64,000 bases of DNA from Opitutales bacterium (GCA_040398005.1 JBBAUX010000005.1:1-64000); one strand, 5' to 3'; counted from the stretch's first letter, positions 31,422 through 41,107 are shown. Numbers and translations are program-made. Notes: a model not told the origin generated them from the sequence alone.

Positions 31422-32776
31422 AGATCAATCGCTACGCCAGGCTCGGGATCGTGGATCCGAGTGCCGGGTAATAATTTTGTCAGAGTCTCTTTCATCCAAG
31501 CTCGGGCGGGGGGATCGCCGTGCGTGAGAATAATATCCTTCGGACTGAGCGCTTTGGCAAAATCAATTAATTCTTCTCGGTCGGCGTGGCCGCTTAAGTG
31601 AAAACGTTCGACTTCCGCTTTTAAAATAGAGGTATGATCGAGGCCTTTAAATTTAAATTCGGCGCCTGATTTCATGCCAATCAACTCACCCCCTGGGGTG
31701 TCGGGATCGCAATAACCCACAAAGAAGACGGCATTTTCTTTCGTATCTAAAATATTAGCAGCCACGCGCCAAGCGGGCGTGTTTTCGACCAACATACCGC
31801 TCGAGAGAACGTAAATTCCTTGGACGGGTAAATTCTTACCAGGTTGGACGTAGCGGCGTGATAAAGATTGGACGCCGAGGTCGCGCAAAACTTTCTGACT
31901 GAAATTAACCTGCTTGGTCTTCTTACTCGCTTCTTCGAGATAGCCACAAAGATCCATGCCCAAGCCAGAGCAGAAAATTGGGACGTCGACTAAGTTGCCC
32001 TCGGCGGCGCTTTCATCTAATAATTTTAATATTTCCTGCATGCGACCGAAAGCAAAAGCGGGTAGCAGAACGGAGCCGCCATTATCGATGACACGATTAA
32101 TGGATCGGATTAAACGTGCTTCTTCTTTACCTCGAGAAATATCCGGAATGGTGGTGGTGGCTCCGCGTGTGCATTCCATGACCAGAGTGTCGACGGGCTG
32201 ACGTGGAAATTGGGCGCCGCCGACGGTGCGTTGCGCTTGGAAGTGAACATCGCCGGTAAAGAAGTGACGTTTCTTACGGTGTTCGATCATCAGTCCCACG
32301 GCACCAGCCACGTGACCGGCGAGATGGAAGGTGAGCGTGATTTCTTCTCCGCCTTGTCCAATTTTTCTGGGGTTGGCGATGGGCACCGCGGTGAGAGCGT
32401 GTTCGACGCGTTCAATATCTTGTTCAACGTAAAGAGGTAGATCCACATTACCCGTTTCTTCCCGCTGCCTTTTCATGACTTGCACAGAATTAGCGAGTAG
32501 TCTTCGTGCAAAAAGTGCTGATGCACCTGAAGTAAATACCCGCGTGCCAGGGTGTTGGCGGACCAAGAGTGGCAACGAGCCCAAGTGGTCTAAGTGACAG
32601 TGAGTGAGGATAACGCCATCCACGTTTCCGGGAATGAGATCGAGACGCGGCAGGGCTTGTTTGCCGGCGTGCTTGGGATGCATGCCGCAATCGATGACGA
32701 AGCGGAGTCCTCCAAACTCAGCGAGCATGCAATTCGCTCCAATTTCGCGGCCGGAATTTAAATCTGTTATTCTCAT
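31418..32776 (-). CDS. MBL-fold beta-CASP ribonuclease (CPSF73/YSH1-like)
   Basis: IDCG, THCHLDH, AGHVAG, FTGD, MECT, SGHAD, THGD. Confidence 0.9.
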   Translation of the reverse strand: MRITDLNSGREIGANCMLAEFGGLRFVIDCGMHPKHAGKQALPRLDLIPGNVDGVILTHCHLDHLGSLPLLVRQHPGTRVFTSGASALFARRLLANSVQVMKRQREETGNVDLPLYVEQDIERVEHALTAVPIANPRKIGQGGEEITLTFHLAGHVAGAVGLMIEHRKKRHFFTGDVHFQAQRTVGGAQFPRQPVDTLVMECTRGATTTIPDISRGKEEARLIRSINRVIDNGGSVLLPAFAFGRMQEILKLLDESAAEGNLVDVPIFCSGLGMDLCGYLEEASKKTKQVNFSQKVLRDLGVQSLSRRYVQPGKNLPVQGIYVLSSGMLVENTPAWRVAANILDTKENAVFFVGYCDPDTPGGELIGMKSGAEFKFKGLDHTSILKAEVERFHLSGHADREELIDFAKALSPKDIILTHGDPPARAWMKETLTKLLPGTRIHDPEPGVAIDL

Positions 32777-33165
32777 TAAGTAGTAGAAGAGGGTGGAATC
32801 ATTTCAAAAGATGGGATGCGGACAAACACGCGCTCGCCGTCTTCGGTTTCACCGTGAAAGGCACCTTCGGCGGTGACCGGTTCGCCGGTGAGATGATAGC
32901 TGTTATAGGAAAACTGTTCGCCGGGCGGGATGGTGGGAGTTTGGCCGACGATGCCGTCGCCCTGAATCACCTCTGTCGAACCATCGCGATGGCGGATGAT
33001 CCATTTACGTCCGAAAAATTTAACGGTATGGGGTGAAATATTATTAATAGTAAGAAAGTAAACGAAGGCGTGGGGCGTTTCGGGTGGAAAGTTGGGGTCG
33101 CGATGGTGAACCAGCTTATCGATGGTCACCCGTAGGCCGGGCAATTCCTTGGCGGAGGCTTCCAC
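32776..33165 (-). CDS. apaG: ApaG domain protein
   Basis: FVY.LTI.N, R.WII, GDGIVGQTP.I.PGE.FSYNS. GTG 33165 chosen from promoter geometry; ATG 33192 possible. Confidence 0.88.
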   Translation of the reverse strand: MEASAKELPGLRVTIDKLVHHRDPNFPPETPHAFVYFLTINNISPHTVKFFGRKWIIRHRDGSTEVIQGDGIVGQTPTIPPGEQFSYNSYHLTGEPVTAEGAFHGETEDGERVFVRIPSFEMIPPSSTT

Positions 33166-33240
33166 ATTCAAAGACAAGAGGTTTAAGACCATTAAAGGAA
33201 GCCATAAATTTCCCGATTAACTAATAAATATCTTCCCTCC

Positions 33241-33268
33241 TTGCACCCCGTGCTTGGGTGGGTTGAAT
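33241..33268 (+). promoter_or_regulatory. Putative promoter of the DedA fusion gene, leaderless geometry
   Basis: TTGCAC-N16-TTGAAT-N7-ATG(33276). Confidence 0.5.
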
Positions 33269-33275
33269 AAAAGTA

Positions 33276-35885
33276 ATGCAGGCTTTTGACCAAAGTAAGG
33301 CAAATCTTCGGCGAGTGCCCCCCAAATGGTGGATTGCTGTGACCTATGTTGTCTTGGTTCTTCTTTCCAATACGTTCCCTATTTTCAGTGCGGTTGAAAA
33401 GCAATCGAGCCAGAACCCGATTTTGGTTCCGGCTTTTGACTATAAAGACGACCGAGTAATTCCGACGGAAAAGCAAATTCCAATCCACGCCAACTTTTAC
33501 GGATTCGATCAAAACAACAGCGCCGGTGATAAACCCGTTTTAGTGTATATCCATCGCGTGCCTTGGGACAGCCGAGGAAATCAATTTTGTGCAGACCTTG
33601 CAAAGTCAGGAAAAGTTGCGGTTGTTGAACCCTATCTTCCCGGATTTGCCTCGTCTTACGGAAATGTTCCCAGTCACTCCATGGAGGCTAATGCTCATGT
33701 GGTTGCCGCGTTACTCGAACAAAAGGGAATAAAAAAATACCATTTATTAGGGCAAGGACTCGGCGGTGTCGCGGCGCTGGAATTAACTAATGTGCATCGT
33801 GGCCGAGTCGAATCGGTGACGTTGCTATCCGCTCCGGGGGTGCAAGCTTTCGAATTACTCGGCAATCCTTTGGTTAATAAAATCGTTTACGGATTTCAAG
33901 GTGCCTTCTTTTGGGGTGTAGCCCGACTCACTCCTAATTTCGGTGCGGCGGATTTACTGCCCTGGGATCGGGATTATGCGAAAACAGTTTTCGATACGGA
34001 TTTATCGGAGAATAAAAGATTAATCGATGGGCTTAACCGTCCATTATTAATTATTCACGGTGATAGGGATTTACTTACGCCGGTAGACGCCGCTAAGTAC
34101 ACCGCAAAATTAATACCGAGTGCGCGATTGAAAGTTTATCACGGCGGGCGCGATGTGGTCTTTGAACAGAAAGAAGCGGTAGCTGGTGAGATTGTAGATT
34201 TCACAACGAATCTTCCAAAACTTGGTCCGCCACTGCCTCCATCAAATCCGCCCATCCCTAATGCCATTGGTATGCATTATTGGATGCTGTTATTATTTAT
34301 TATCGTTTGTACGTTTGTCGCAGAAGATCCCACCTGCTTGGCCTCGGGCTTAATGGTTTCGGTGGGCATCATCGACTTTTGGTCCGCTACCGTGGCTTGT
34401 TTCGTGGGGATTTTTATCGGAGATATGACACTCTATATGATTGGACGAGTGTTCGGTCGTCAGGCCCTTGGTCGCGCGCCCTTTAAGTGGATTATCAAAG
34501 AACATAAAGTGAATCAGTGGGCGGGTTGGTTCTCTACGCCGAAGGGAATGTTGGTGGTCGTCAGTTCACGATTCGTTCCGGCCAGCCGTTTGCCTACGTT
34601 TATCACAGCGGGTATTATGAAATTAGATTTAATGCGCTTGGGCCTGCTTCTGATGGTCGCGGCGCTGATTTGGACGCCTCCCCTTATTTGGCTTGGTTAT
34701 AAATTCGGCGATGATGGTATGCGCTTGCTTCACAACTTTAAGAGTAACGCGGTTTGGATTATCGTCGGACTCTTACTTGCATTGCATGTCTTAACTCACT
34801 GGTTGGTGCCGGCGTTGACTTGGCGTGGGCGTCGACAGATTATCATGAAAGTGCGTGGCTTCCTTCAGCCTTCACTTTGGCCCAACTGGATTGTTTATTT
34901 GCCGATTCGGATTGGGATTATTTTCTTAACTTTGAGACACCGCAGCCTCACCGCTTTCGCTTCGGCCAATCCCTCCTTCGGGCGGATTGGTGGATTTATC
35001 GGTGATCCTAAATCTCTTTTATTAAGACCGTTCCAGCGCGATTCGCGATGCTGTCCCCATCTTGCTTTGTCCATGGAAGATAAGCTCGAAGAGCGATTAA
35101 AAGAAGCTCAAGCCTTCGCGGTTTGTCACGGCTATCCCTTGGTCTTTAAGCCCGAGGTTTCCGAAGACGGTGCGGGGCTTCGTTATATCAAAAACGATGA
35201 ACAGTTAAATCGCTGGGTCGGTCATGCTAAAGAAGATTTTATTCTCCAGAAATTCATCAGCGGTTTAGAGTTTGAAATCGTTTGGCGGAGAAATCCTGGA
35301 CAGGACGACGGACATATTATGGCCATCGTACAGAAGAATGATATCGTGGTGATGGGTGATGGGGAGCAAACCTTGGAAGAACTCATTTGGCTCGATGAGT
35401 TTGCCGTTTCCCGCGCAGAATTATTTATTCAGTGTCATGCACGCGATTTAAATAAAGTCATTCCCGCCGGACAAAAAGTTATCTTAAATCTTTCAGGAAG
35501 TCACGGCCATGGCGCGCGCTGCTTACATCGCCCCGATTTAAATACACTGGCTCTCGAGCAAGCCCTCACTACGTTGGCTAAACGTTTTCCAGCCTTACAC
35601 TATGCCCGATTCGATTTACGTGCTTCGACTGAGGAAGAATTGAAGGAGGGTCGATTTGTAATGACGAGCGTAGGTGGCTGCTGTCACGTTTCTAGTCTGG
35701 TGCGCGACGAGTCTCTGCTCTTTCGCCGATCCTACTCCCAAGTCTGGCAGCAACTTAAAGTCTGCTTAGAGGCAGGCGCTTATAATCTTAAACAGGATGT
35801 GCGTCCCGTGCGTTTAGATGAGTTGATGGCACGCTGGAGCCAGGCCAATGGCCGCTCTGATAATTTCGTGGTGAGCGAAGAGTAA
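33276..35885 (+). CDS. Fusion of alpha/beta-hydrolase fold, DedA/VTT membrane domain and ATP-grasp-like domain
   Basis: LPGFASS, GQGLGG, IIHGDRD (hydrolase fold); EDPT, GD..LY.IGR, SRFVPASR (DedA); PLVFKPE, LQKF, GDG..TL.ELI, RFDLR (ATP-grasp). Confidence 0.82.
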   Translation: MQAFDQSKANLRRVPPKWWIAVTYVVLVLLSNTFPIFSAVEKQSSQNPILVPAFDYKDDRVIPTEKQIPIHANFYGFDQNNSAGDKPVLVYIHRVPWDSRGNQFCADLAKSGKVAVVEPYLPGFASSYGNVPSHSMEANAHVVAALLEQKGIKKYHLLGQGLGGVAALELTNVHRGRVESVTLLSAPGVQAFELLGNPLVNKIVYGFQGAFFWGVARLTPNFGAADLLPWDRDYAKTVFDTDLSENKRLIDGLNRPLLIIHGDRDLLTPVDAAKYTAKLIPSARLKVYHGGRDVVFEQKEAVAGEIVDFTTNLPKLGPPLPPSNPPIPNAIGMHYWMLLLFIIVCTFVAEDPTCLASGLMVSVGIIDFWSATVACFVGIFIGDMTLYMIGRVFGRQALGRAPFKWIIKEHKVNQWAGWFSTPKGMLVVVSSRFVPASRLPTFITAGIMKLDLMRLGLLLMVAALIWTPPLIWLGYKFGDDGMRLLHNFKSNAVWIIVGLLLALHVLTHWLVPALTWRGRRQIIMKVRGFLQPSLWPNWIVYLPIRIGIIFLTLRHRSLTAFASANPSFGRIGGFIGDPKSLLLRPFQRDSRCCPHLALSMEDKLEERLKEAQAFAVCHGYPLVFKPEVSEDGAGLRYIKNDEQLNRWVGHAKEDFILQKFISGLEFEIVWRRNPGQDDGHIMAIVQKNDIVVMGDGEQTLEELIWLDEFAVSRAELFIQCHARDLNKVIPAGQKVILNLSGSHGHGARCLHRPDLNTLALEQALTTLAKRFPALHYARFDLRASTEEELKEGRFVMTSVGGCCHVSSLVRDESLLFRRSYSQVWQQLKVCLEAGAYNLKQDVRPVRLDELMARWSQANGRSDNFVVSEE

Positions 35886-35886
35886 T

Positions 35887-36486
35887 TTACCCGCGTGCCG
35901 TAAAGGCGTGGCAAAGAGCAATTGCGGCAGCATCAGATTCGTCCAAGGGTAATTCACTGTGAAGATTCAGAATAGATTTAATCATTTTACCGACCTGTTC
36001 TTTGCTCGCACTGCCGTGTCCGGTAACGGCTAACTTGATACGTTTAGGGGCGTATTCCTTAACATGAATATTGAGTCGAGCGAGGATACTTAAGGCCGCC
36101 CCACGCGAGGCACCCATGGCTTGGGCAGTCCGGAAATTTTGTACGTAAATGGTTTCTTCAATAGCCGCTTGATCTATTTTAAATTTCTCAGTCATACCTT
36201 CGACCGCTTCAGCGATTTTACCCAAGCATTCAATCGCCGTGAATTTAGGCTTAAGCTTCACCGTGGTGCTGGCTAATAATTGATAGGGCTCGGTTCGGGA
36301 ATCAATGACCGCTAAGCCAGTTCCGCGGAGCGAAGGGTCGATTCCGAGAATGATTCCCCGAACGCCACGATGTGAATTTTTCTCGACGGCTTTTTTGGTG
36401 CGAGGCGATTTGCTGGCCGATGGTGCAACGCGTGCTCCGCCCTTAAGGTGAGCTGTCCAAAGCGCGCGCGAAGATTTTCGAGCCAT
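35887..36486 (-). CDS. ruvC: Crossover junction endodeoxyribonuclease RuvC
   Basis: ILGIDPSL..TG, AIEE, IKLAVTG.G.ASKEQV, DESDAAAIA.CH. Confidence 0.96.
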   Translation of the reverse strand: MARKSSRALWTAHLKGGARVAPSASKSPRTKKAVEKNSHRGVRGIILGIDPSLRGTGLAVIDSRTEPYQLLASTTVKLKPKFTAIECLGKIAEAVEGMTEKFKIDQAAIEETIYVQNFRTAQAMGASRGAALSILARLNIHVKEYAPKRIKLAVTGHGSASKEQVGKMIKSILNLHSELPLDESDAAAIALCHAFTARG

Positions 36487-36571
36487 ACGTGAGGTTTAGA
36501 TTCAATTAGTTTAAAAGCAAAGGGTAATTCTCGAGGTTGCTTATTTTGATTTTATTAAAACTATTATCCCT

Positions 36572-37468
36572 ATGCGGTTAGGATCACTCTACTTATTGTT
36601 AGCACTCACTTTAGGGGCAGGTGAAGTGTCGGTGATTGTGCGGGAAGTTCCCGAAATGGACGCCTTTCAGCTGCAAACCTGCGCTAAAGTAGATAAGAAA
36701 TTAGTGCCTGAATGTTCGGCGCTTTGGGCTAGTCAGCAAAACCCTGGAGTGTTTTGGACTCTTTCCGATTCAGGCAACAAACCAGAAATTATTCCGCTTC
36801 GCAGCGACGGAACTTTGGCTTGGGGTACTAAGGGTATTACCATTAAAGGTGCAAAAAATTACGATTGGGAAGCTCTGACGGGTGATGCGGAAGGTAACAT
36901 GGTCGTGGCCGATGTGGGAAATAACATCTCTAACCGCCGTCAGTTGAACCTCTATTTATTTAAAGAGCCTTCCGCTAAGAATCTAGAGGTAGCCGAGGTT
37001 AAAACGATTTCGTTTATTTGGCCCGATCAAAAAGAATTTCCTGATTCGGAATTAAAACATGACTGTGAATCGGTATTTAAAATCAGAGGTAATATTTATT
37101 TTTTAACTAAGCATCGCCGCGATACCTTCACCGAATTATGGCGCATCGATATTCCTAAATTAAATGAGCAGGCTCAATTAACGAAAATAGGTCAATTCGA
37201 TGCGAAAGGCATGGTCACCGATGCTTCGGTTTCTCCTGATGGGAAGAGTTTGGCCATTTTAACCTATCGTGCGGTTTGGGTAATCACATTACCTGTCACT
37301 GGCGAAAATATCTTTGATGGTTCAATGGTCTATGCACCGCTCTCGCCCCCTGTACTTTCTTGGCAGATTGAAGGCTGTGCGTGGTTAGACGCTCAAACTT
37401 TATTGGTGGGCTCGGAGCAACGTGACCTATTTAAGATACCGCTCAGTGCTTTGAAGCCCGTAAAATAA
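36572..37468 (+). CDS. Secreted hypothetical protein, probable beta-propeller (SdiA-regulated/phytase-like)
   Basis: Signal peptide; WT.SDSGN, NYDWE, DVGNN...R, HDCE, VTDASVSPDG, QIEG. Confidence 0.7.
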   Translation: MRLGSLYLLLALTLGAGEVSVIVREVPEMDAFQLQTCAKVDKKLVPECSALWASQQNPGVFWTLSDSGNKPEIIPLRSDGTLAWGTKGITIKGAKNYDWEALTGDAEGNMVVADVGNNISNRRQLNLYLFKEPSAKNLEVAEVKTISFIWPDQKEFPDSELKHDCESVFKIRGNIYFLTKHRRDTFTELWRIDIPKLNEQAQLTKIGQFDAKGMVTDASVSPDGKSLAILTYRAVWVITLPVTGENIFDGSMVYAPLSPPVLSWQIEGCAWLDAQTLLVGSEQRDLFKIPLSALKPVK

Positions 37469-37504
37469 AAAGAACGAAGACCCGAGAGTCTTCGTTCTTT
37501 TATT
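37464..37504. terminator. Bidirectional intrinsic terminator
   Basis: AAAAGAACGAAGAC-loop-GTCTTCGTTCTTTT between the convergent hypothetical gene and tkt. Confidence 0.85.
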
Positions 37505-37522
37505 CAGAACAGTGTTTAAGAC

Positions 37523-39517
37523 TTAGAGGGCTTTCGCAGCAGCGACCACCGCTTCTTTAGTCATACCACATTCCTTCATGGCGATATCACCAGGGGCGCT
37601 TAATCCGAAACGATCAGTGCCGAGGGCCTTGCCAGTGAGGCCAACGTAGCGACCCCAAGAAATAGTTACACCCGCTTCAATGCTGACGCGTTTAGCGCAG
37701 CTCGAAGGAAGAACTTCTTCTTGGTAGGACTTAGATTGGCGAGCAAAGGCTTCCATGGAAGGCATGGAAACAACCCGAACGCCGGCACCTAATTCTTCAG
37801 CAGCGGCGAGAGCGAGTTGGAGTTCGCTACCTGTACCGATGAGAATGTGAGTCAGGGCTGCGGTTTCTTTGCGTGCGATGTAAGCACCTTTGAGTGTGCC
37901 TTGGCGACGCGTCGAAACAGGAATGCTGTCGAGCGATGGAACATTTTGACGGGAGAGAATGAGGGCAACGGGACCATCGCGACGAGCGACGGCGTGAGCG
38001 AAGGCGGCAGCGGTTTCTTCAGCATCGGCTGGACGCATGACATCGAGATTGGGAATACAACGCAGGGCGCTGACTGTTTCTACCGGTTGGTGGGTAGGTC
38101 CGTCTTCACCGACACCGACGGAGTCGTGAGTGAAGATATAGAAAGCTTGAAGTTTTGCTAAGGCAGCAATGCGAATCGCCGGGCGGAGGTAATCGGAGAA
38201 CGTGAGGAAGGTTGCGCCGGATCCTTTAAAGATTCCGTGATAAGCGATACCATTGACGATGGCGCCCATGGCGTGTTCCCGAATTCCGAAGTAGAGATTA
38301 CGGCCCGCGGGCGTGGCGATGTCGAAGTCACCGACATCTTTAATATAATTCTTGGTTGAGCCGTGTAAATCGGCTGAGCCTGATAAAACGAGAGGGGAGG
38401 CTTTAGCGACAGCGTTGATGCATGTTTCACCCGATACGCGAGTAGCTAAGGCGTTTTTGCCGAACTCAGGAATTGCGGCGAGGAGGGAAGCGACATCGCC
38501 GTGATCACCGGCTTGAGCTTTTTTAAGTAAATCGGCTTTCGCTGGATTCACAGCAGCCCATGCCGCAAAAGTTTTTTGCCATTGTGCGTATTCAGCGGCT
38601 TGGGTGACTTTGCGAGCGGCGAAGAATTTTTTAGTTTCTGGTGAAACGAAGAATTTTTCTTCGGGCAGTCCGATCAGTTTACGAGCTGCGTCGATAAACT
38701 TTACGCCGGCTTCGCCGTGACCTTTGGCGGTGCCTTCAACTTCAGCGATTCCTTTCGCGATGACTGTTTTACAGATAATTAATTTAGGTTTACCGCTTTT
38801 GCTGGCGCGGGCTTTGTCGAGCGCTTCAGCAATATGGGCTAATTCATTGCCTTGTTTGACCATGAAGACTTCCCAGTTCGCGGCTTCGTAGCGTTTAAAG
38901 GTGTCTTCATTCTGAGTTTTTGAAGCCATCGCATCCAAGGTAACGTCATTGGAATCATAAAGCATAATGATGTTATCGAGACCGAAACGTCCGGCGAATG
39001 AAGCGGCTTCGTGCGAGATACCTTCTTGTAAGCAACCGTCGCCGGCGAGACCAACGATGAAGTGATTGAAGAGGGTGTGTTCAGGAGTATTGAAATGAGC
39101 GGCGGCCATTTTGGCAGCGACAGCCATACCCACAATATTTCCAGTACCTTGTCCGAGAGGACCGGTGGTCGCTTCAACGCCGACGGTTTCACCGAATTCA
39201 GGGTGACCAGGAGTTTTGCTGTGGAGTTTGCGGAAAGCTTTTACTTCTTCGAGAGGGAGATCAAATCCTGCGAGGTGTAACCAGCTGTAGAGGAACATTG
39301 AGCCGTGACCTGCGGAGAGCACGAAGCGATCACGATTAATCCACAGAGGTTCGGCAGGATTGTGCTTTAAAAAGTTTCCGTAAAGAACGGCGCCAATTTC
39401 GGCGGAGCCCAAAGGAAGGCCGAGGTGTCCAGAGTGACAGGCGGCGACGGCGTCCATGGAAAGTCCGCGGGACTCAGTGGCGGCGCGGGAAAGGTCGGTT
39501 GTGTTGTGGAGCGACAT
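37523..39517 (-). CDS. tkt: Transketolase
   Basis: [56 protein letters not shown]. Confidence 0.98.
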   Translation of the reverse strand: MSLHNTTDLSRAATESRGLSMDAVAACHSGHLGLPLGSAEIGAVLYGNFLKHNPAEPLWINRDRFVLSAGHGSMFLYSWLHLAGFDLPLEEVKAFRKLHSKTPGHPEFGETVGVEATTGPLGQGTGNIVGMAVAAKMAAAHFNTPEHTLFNHFIVGLAGDGCLQEGISHEAASFAGRFGLDNIIMLYDSNDVTLDAMASKTQNEDTFKRYEAANWEVFMVKQGNELAHIAEALDKARASKSGKPKLIICKTVIAKGIAEVEGTAKGHGEAGVKFIDAARKLIGLPEEKFFVSPETKKFFAARKVTQAAEYAQWQKTFAAWAAVNPAKADLLKKAQAGDHGDVASLLAAIPEFGKNALATRVSGETCINAVAKASPLVLSGSADLHGSTKNYIKDVGDFDIATPAGRNLYFGIREHAMGAIVNGIAYHGIFKGSGATFLTFSDYLRPAIRIAALAKLQAFYIFTHDSVGVGEDGPTHQPVETVSALRCIPNLDVMRPADAEETAAAFAHAVARRDGPVALILSRQNVPSLDSIPVSTRRQGTLKGAYIARKETAALTHILIGTGSELQLALAAAEELGAGVRVVSMPSMEAFARQSKSYQEEVLPSSCAKRVSIEAGVTISWGRYVGLTGKALGTDRFGLSAPGDIAMKECGMTKEAVVAAAKAL

Positions 39518-39594
39518 AATGCCCTATGCGTAAGGATAACGGCTTCAATATTCCAGCCTTGAATGCAGGCCCAAGTATCTTCTTTATGCTTAAT

Positions 39595-40005
39595 ATGTCC
39601 GATAAAGAACTAGAAGAGGGGTCAACCCTGCGTTTGGACTTCAAAAAACTCCGAAAAATCGGCTCGGGGCAGGAAGATGTGATTCCGGCCATCGCCCAGG
39701 ACGCTCAAACGGGCGAGGTGCTTATTTTAGGTTACGTTAATGAGTTGGCTCTAAAAACTGCGCTCAAGGAAAAGAAGGCGACGTTCTGGAGTACTTCAAG
39801 AAACGAACTTTGGATCAAGGGACTGACGTCGGGAGATTTTTTAGAATTATTAGAAGTCCGTGTGAACTGTGAGCAGAATTCGATTCTCTATAAAGTCCGT
39901 CCAGCGGGAAAGGGCGCATGCCACACGAAAGATGAACAAGGCAAAACACGTTCGGCTTGTTACTACCGTCGATTAAAAGCGGATGGCGGATTAGAGTCTG
40001 TTTAA
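39595..40005 (+). CDS. hisI: Phosphoribosyl-AMP cyclohydrolase (variant motif)
   Basis: IPAIAQD, FWSTSRNELW.KG.TSG, NCEQN, ACHT, CYY. ATG 39595. Confidence 0.92.
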   Translation: MSDKELEEGSTLRLDFKKLRKIGSGQEDVIPAIAQDAQTGEVLILGYVNELALKTALKEKKATFWSTSRNELWIKGLTSGDFLELLEVRVNCEQNSILYKVRPAGKGACHTKDEQGKTRSACYYRRLKADGGLESV

Positions 40006-40043
40006 TTTTCTTAAGCAGTTAGCCATCGATTTTATTTAAGCAC

Positions 40044-40069
40044 AAAAAAGGGGCGCCGAAAGGCGCCCC
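40044..40069 (-). terminator. Intrinsic terminator of the RRM gene
   Basis: Stem GGGGCGCC-gaaa-GGCGCCCC with A6 on the left, i.e. U6 on the minus strand. Confidence 0.88.
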
Positions 40070-40095
40070 GAAGAGTGTAGCATTGAATCCGGGGT

Positions 40096-40572
40096 TTAGT
40101 AACCGCCACGATCGCCGCCGCCGAAGCCGCCACGATCGCCGCCGAAACCACCACGTCCGCCGCCGCCGCCGCCGCCGAAGCCGCCGCGACCACCGCCGCC
40201 GCCGCCGAAGCCGCCACGACGTTCACCGCCGCCTGCGCCGCCGCCGAAGCCGCCGCGTCCAGCACCACCACCGAATCCGCCACGACGTTCGCCGCCACCG
40301 AAGCCACCGCCCGCAGGGCGTTCTTCACGTGGACGGGCAACATTCACCTTCAGGGGACGACCCATGAAGTCGATGTTCTCAGTCTTAGCGATCGCATCCT
40401 GGGCTTGCTGTGCATTGCCCATGGTTACGAAGGCGAAGCCACGAGGACGACCTGTGAACTTATCCATCATTACTTCCACGCTTGTCACTTCGCCCGCTTG
40501 GGAGAAATGTGCGCGGATGTCGGATTCTGTAGCAGCCCAAGGTAGGTTGCCTACGAATAACTTATTTTCCAT
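40096..40572 (-). CDS. RRM RNA-binding protein with Gly/Arg-rich tail
   Basis: RNP2 KLFVGNL, RNP1 RGFAFVTM, LKVNVARPRE; (RGGFGGG)n tail. ATG 40572. Confidence 0.96.
   Translation of the reverse strand: MENKLFVGNLPWAATESDIRAHFSQAGEVTSVEVMMDKFTGRPRGFAFVTMGNAQQAQDAIAKTENIDFMGRPLKVNVARPREERPAGGGFGGGERRGGFGGGAGRGGFGGGAGGGERRGGFGGGGGGRGGFGGGGGGGRGGFGGDRGGFGGGDRGGY
40099..40318 (-). repeat. Coding low-complexity repeat encoding RGGFGGG units
   Basis: Repeated ccgccgccgaagccgcc motifs, seven GGFGG units. Confidence 0.9.
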
Positions 40573-40784
40573 ATATGTTGTTTTCTGTTTTATGACCTTC
40601 ACCGCATTCCCCGTTTCCTTCTTGGATTTCGATTTGCCGTCTTGACGACCGTCAACTCACCGGATTCTTGCGGGGCATTGTTCTTGGTTTGGTTATTTTC
40701 AGAACAAGCCTGACCCAAAGAGAGACTCTTTATGGGGCATTCTGCAAGTTTATTCACAATAGGGTCTATTCCTTAGGCAAACCG

Positions 40785-40812
40785 TTGACAGTTTAAGGGC
40801 TTTTTTTATGAT
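40785..40812 (+). promoter_or_regulatory. Near-consensus sigma70 promoter directly before the phhB start
   Basis: TTGACA-N16-TATGAT-N7-ATG(40820). Confidence 0.75.
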
Positions 40813-40819
40813 TAATCGG

Positions 40820-41107
40820 ATGTCCACTCCCTTAGATTTAGATCAAATTAAGCTGGCCTTGAGCAGTCTAAAACACTGGAGATTTGAAGACGATAAGTTG
40901 TTGATGGATATTAAGTTAAAGAACTTTTCCGAAGCCCTATCTTTCTTGGTAAAAGTGGGTATTGAGGCCGAAAAGCTCAACCATCACCCGGAAATTTATA
41001 ATATTTATGATAAGGTGACCCTGAAACTGACTACTCATGATGCTGGCAACAAGGTGACGCAGAAGGATATCGTCTTGGCTCGGGCAATTGAGAACCTCGT
41101 CCCCTAA
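40820..41107 (+). CDS. phhB: Pterin-4-alpha-carbinolamine dehydratase
   Basis: AEKLNHHPE, LTTHDAG..VT.KD..LA. Confidence 0.93.
   Translation: MSTPLDLDQIKLALSSLKHWRFEDDKLLMDIKLKNFSEALSFLVKVGIEAEKLNHHPEIYNIYDKVTLKLTTHDAGNKVTQKDIVLARAIENLVP

Noticed and set aside
40032..40367. Arg-rich 94-aa and Ala-rich 103-aa ORFs; repeats resembling a CRISPR array
   Set aside because: Alternative frames of the Gly-rich RRM tail; the repeats are codon-level with no unique spacers.
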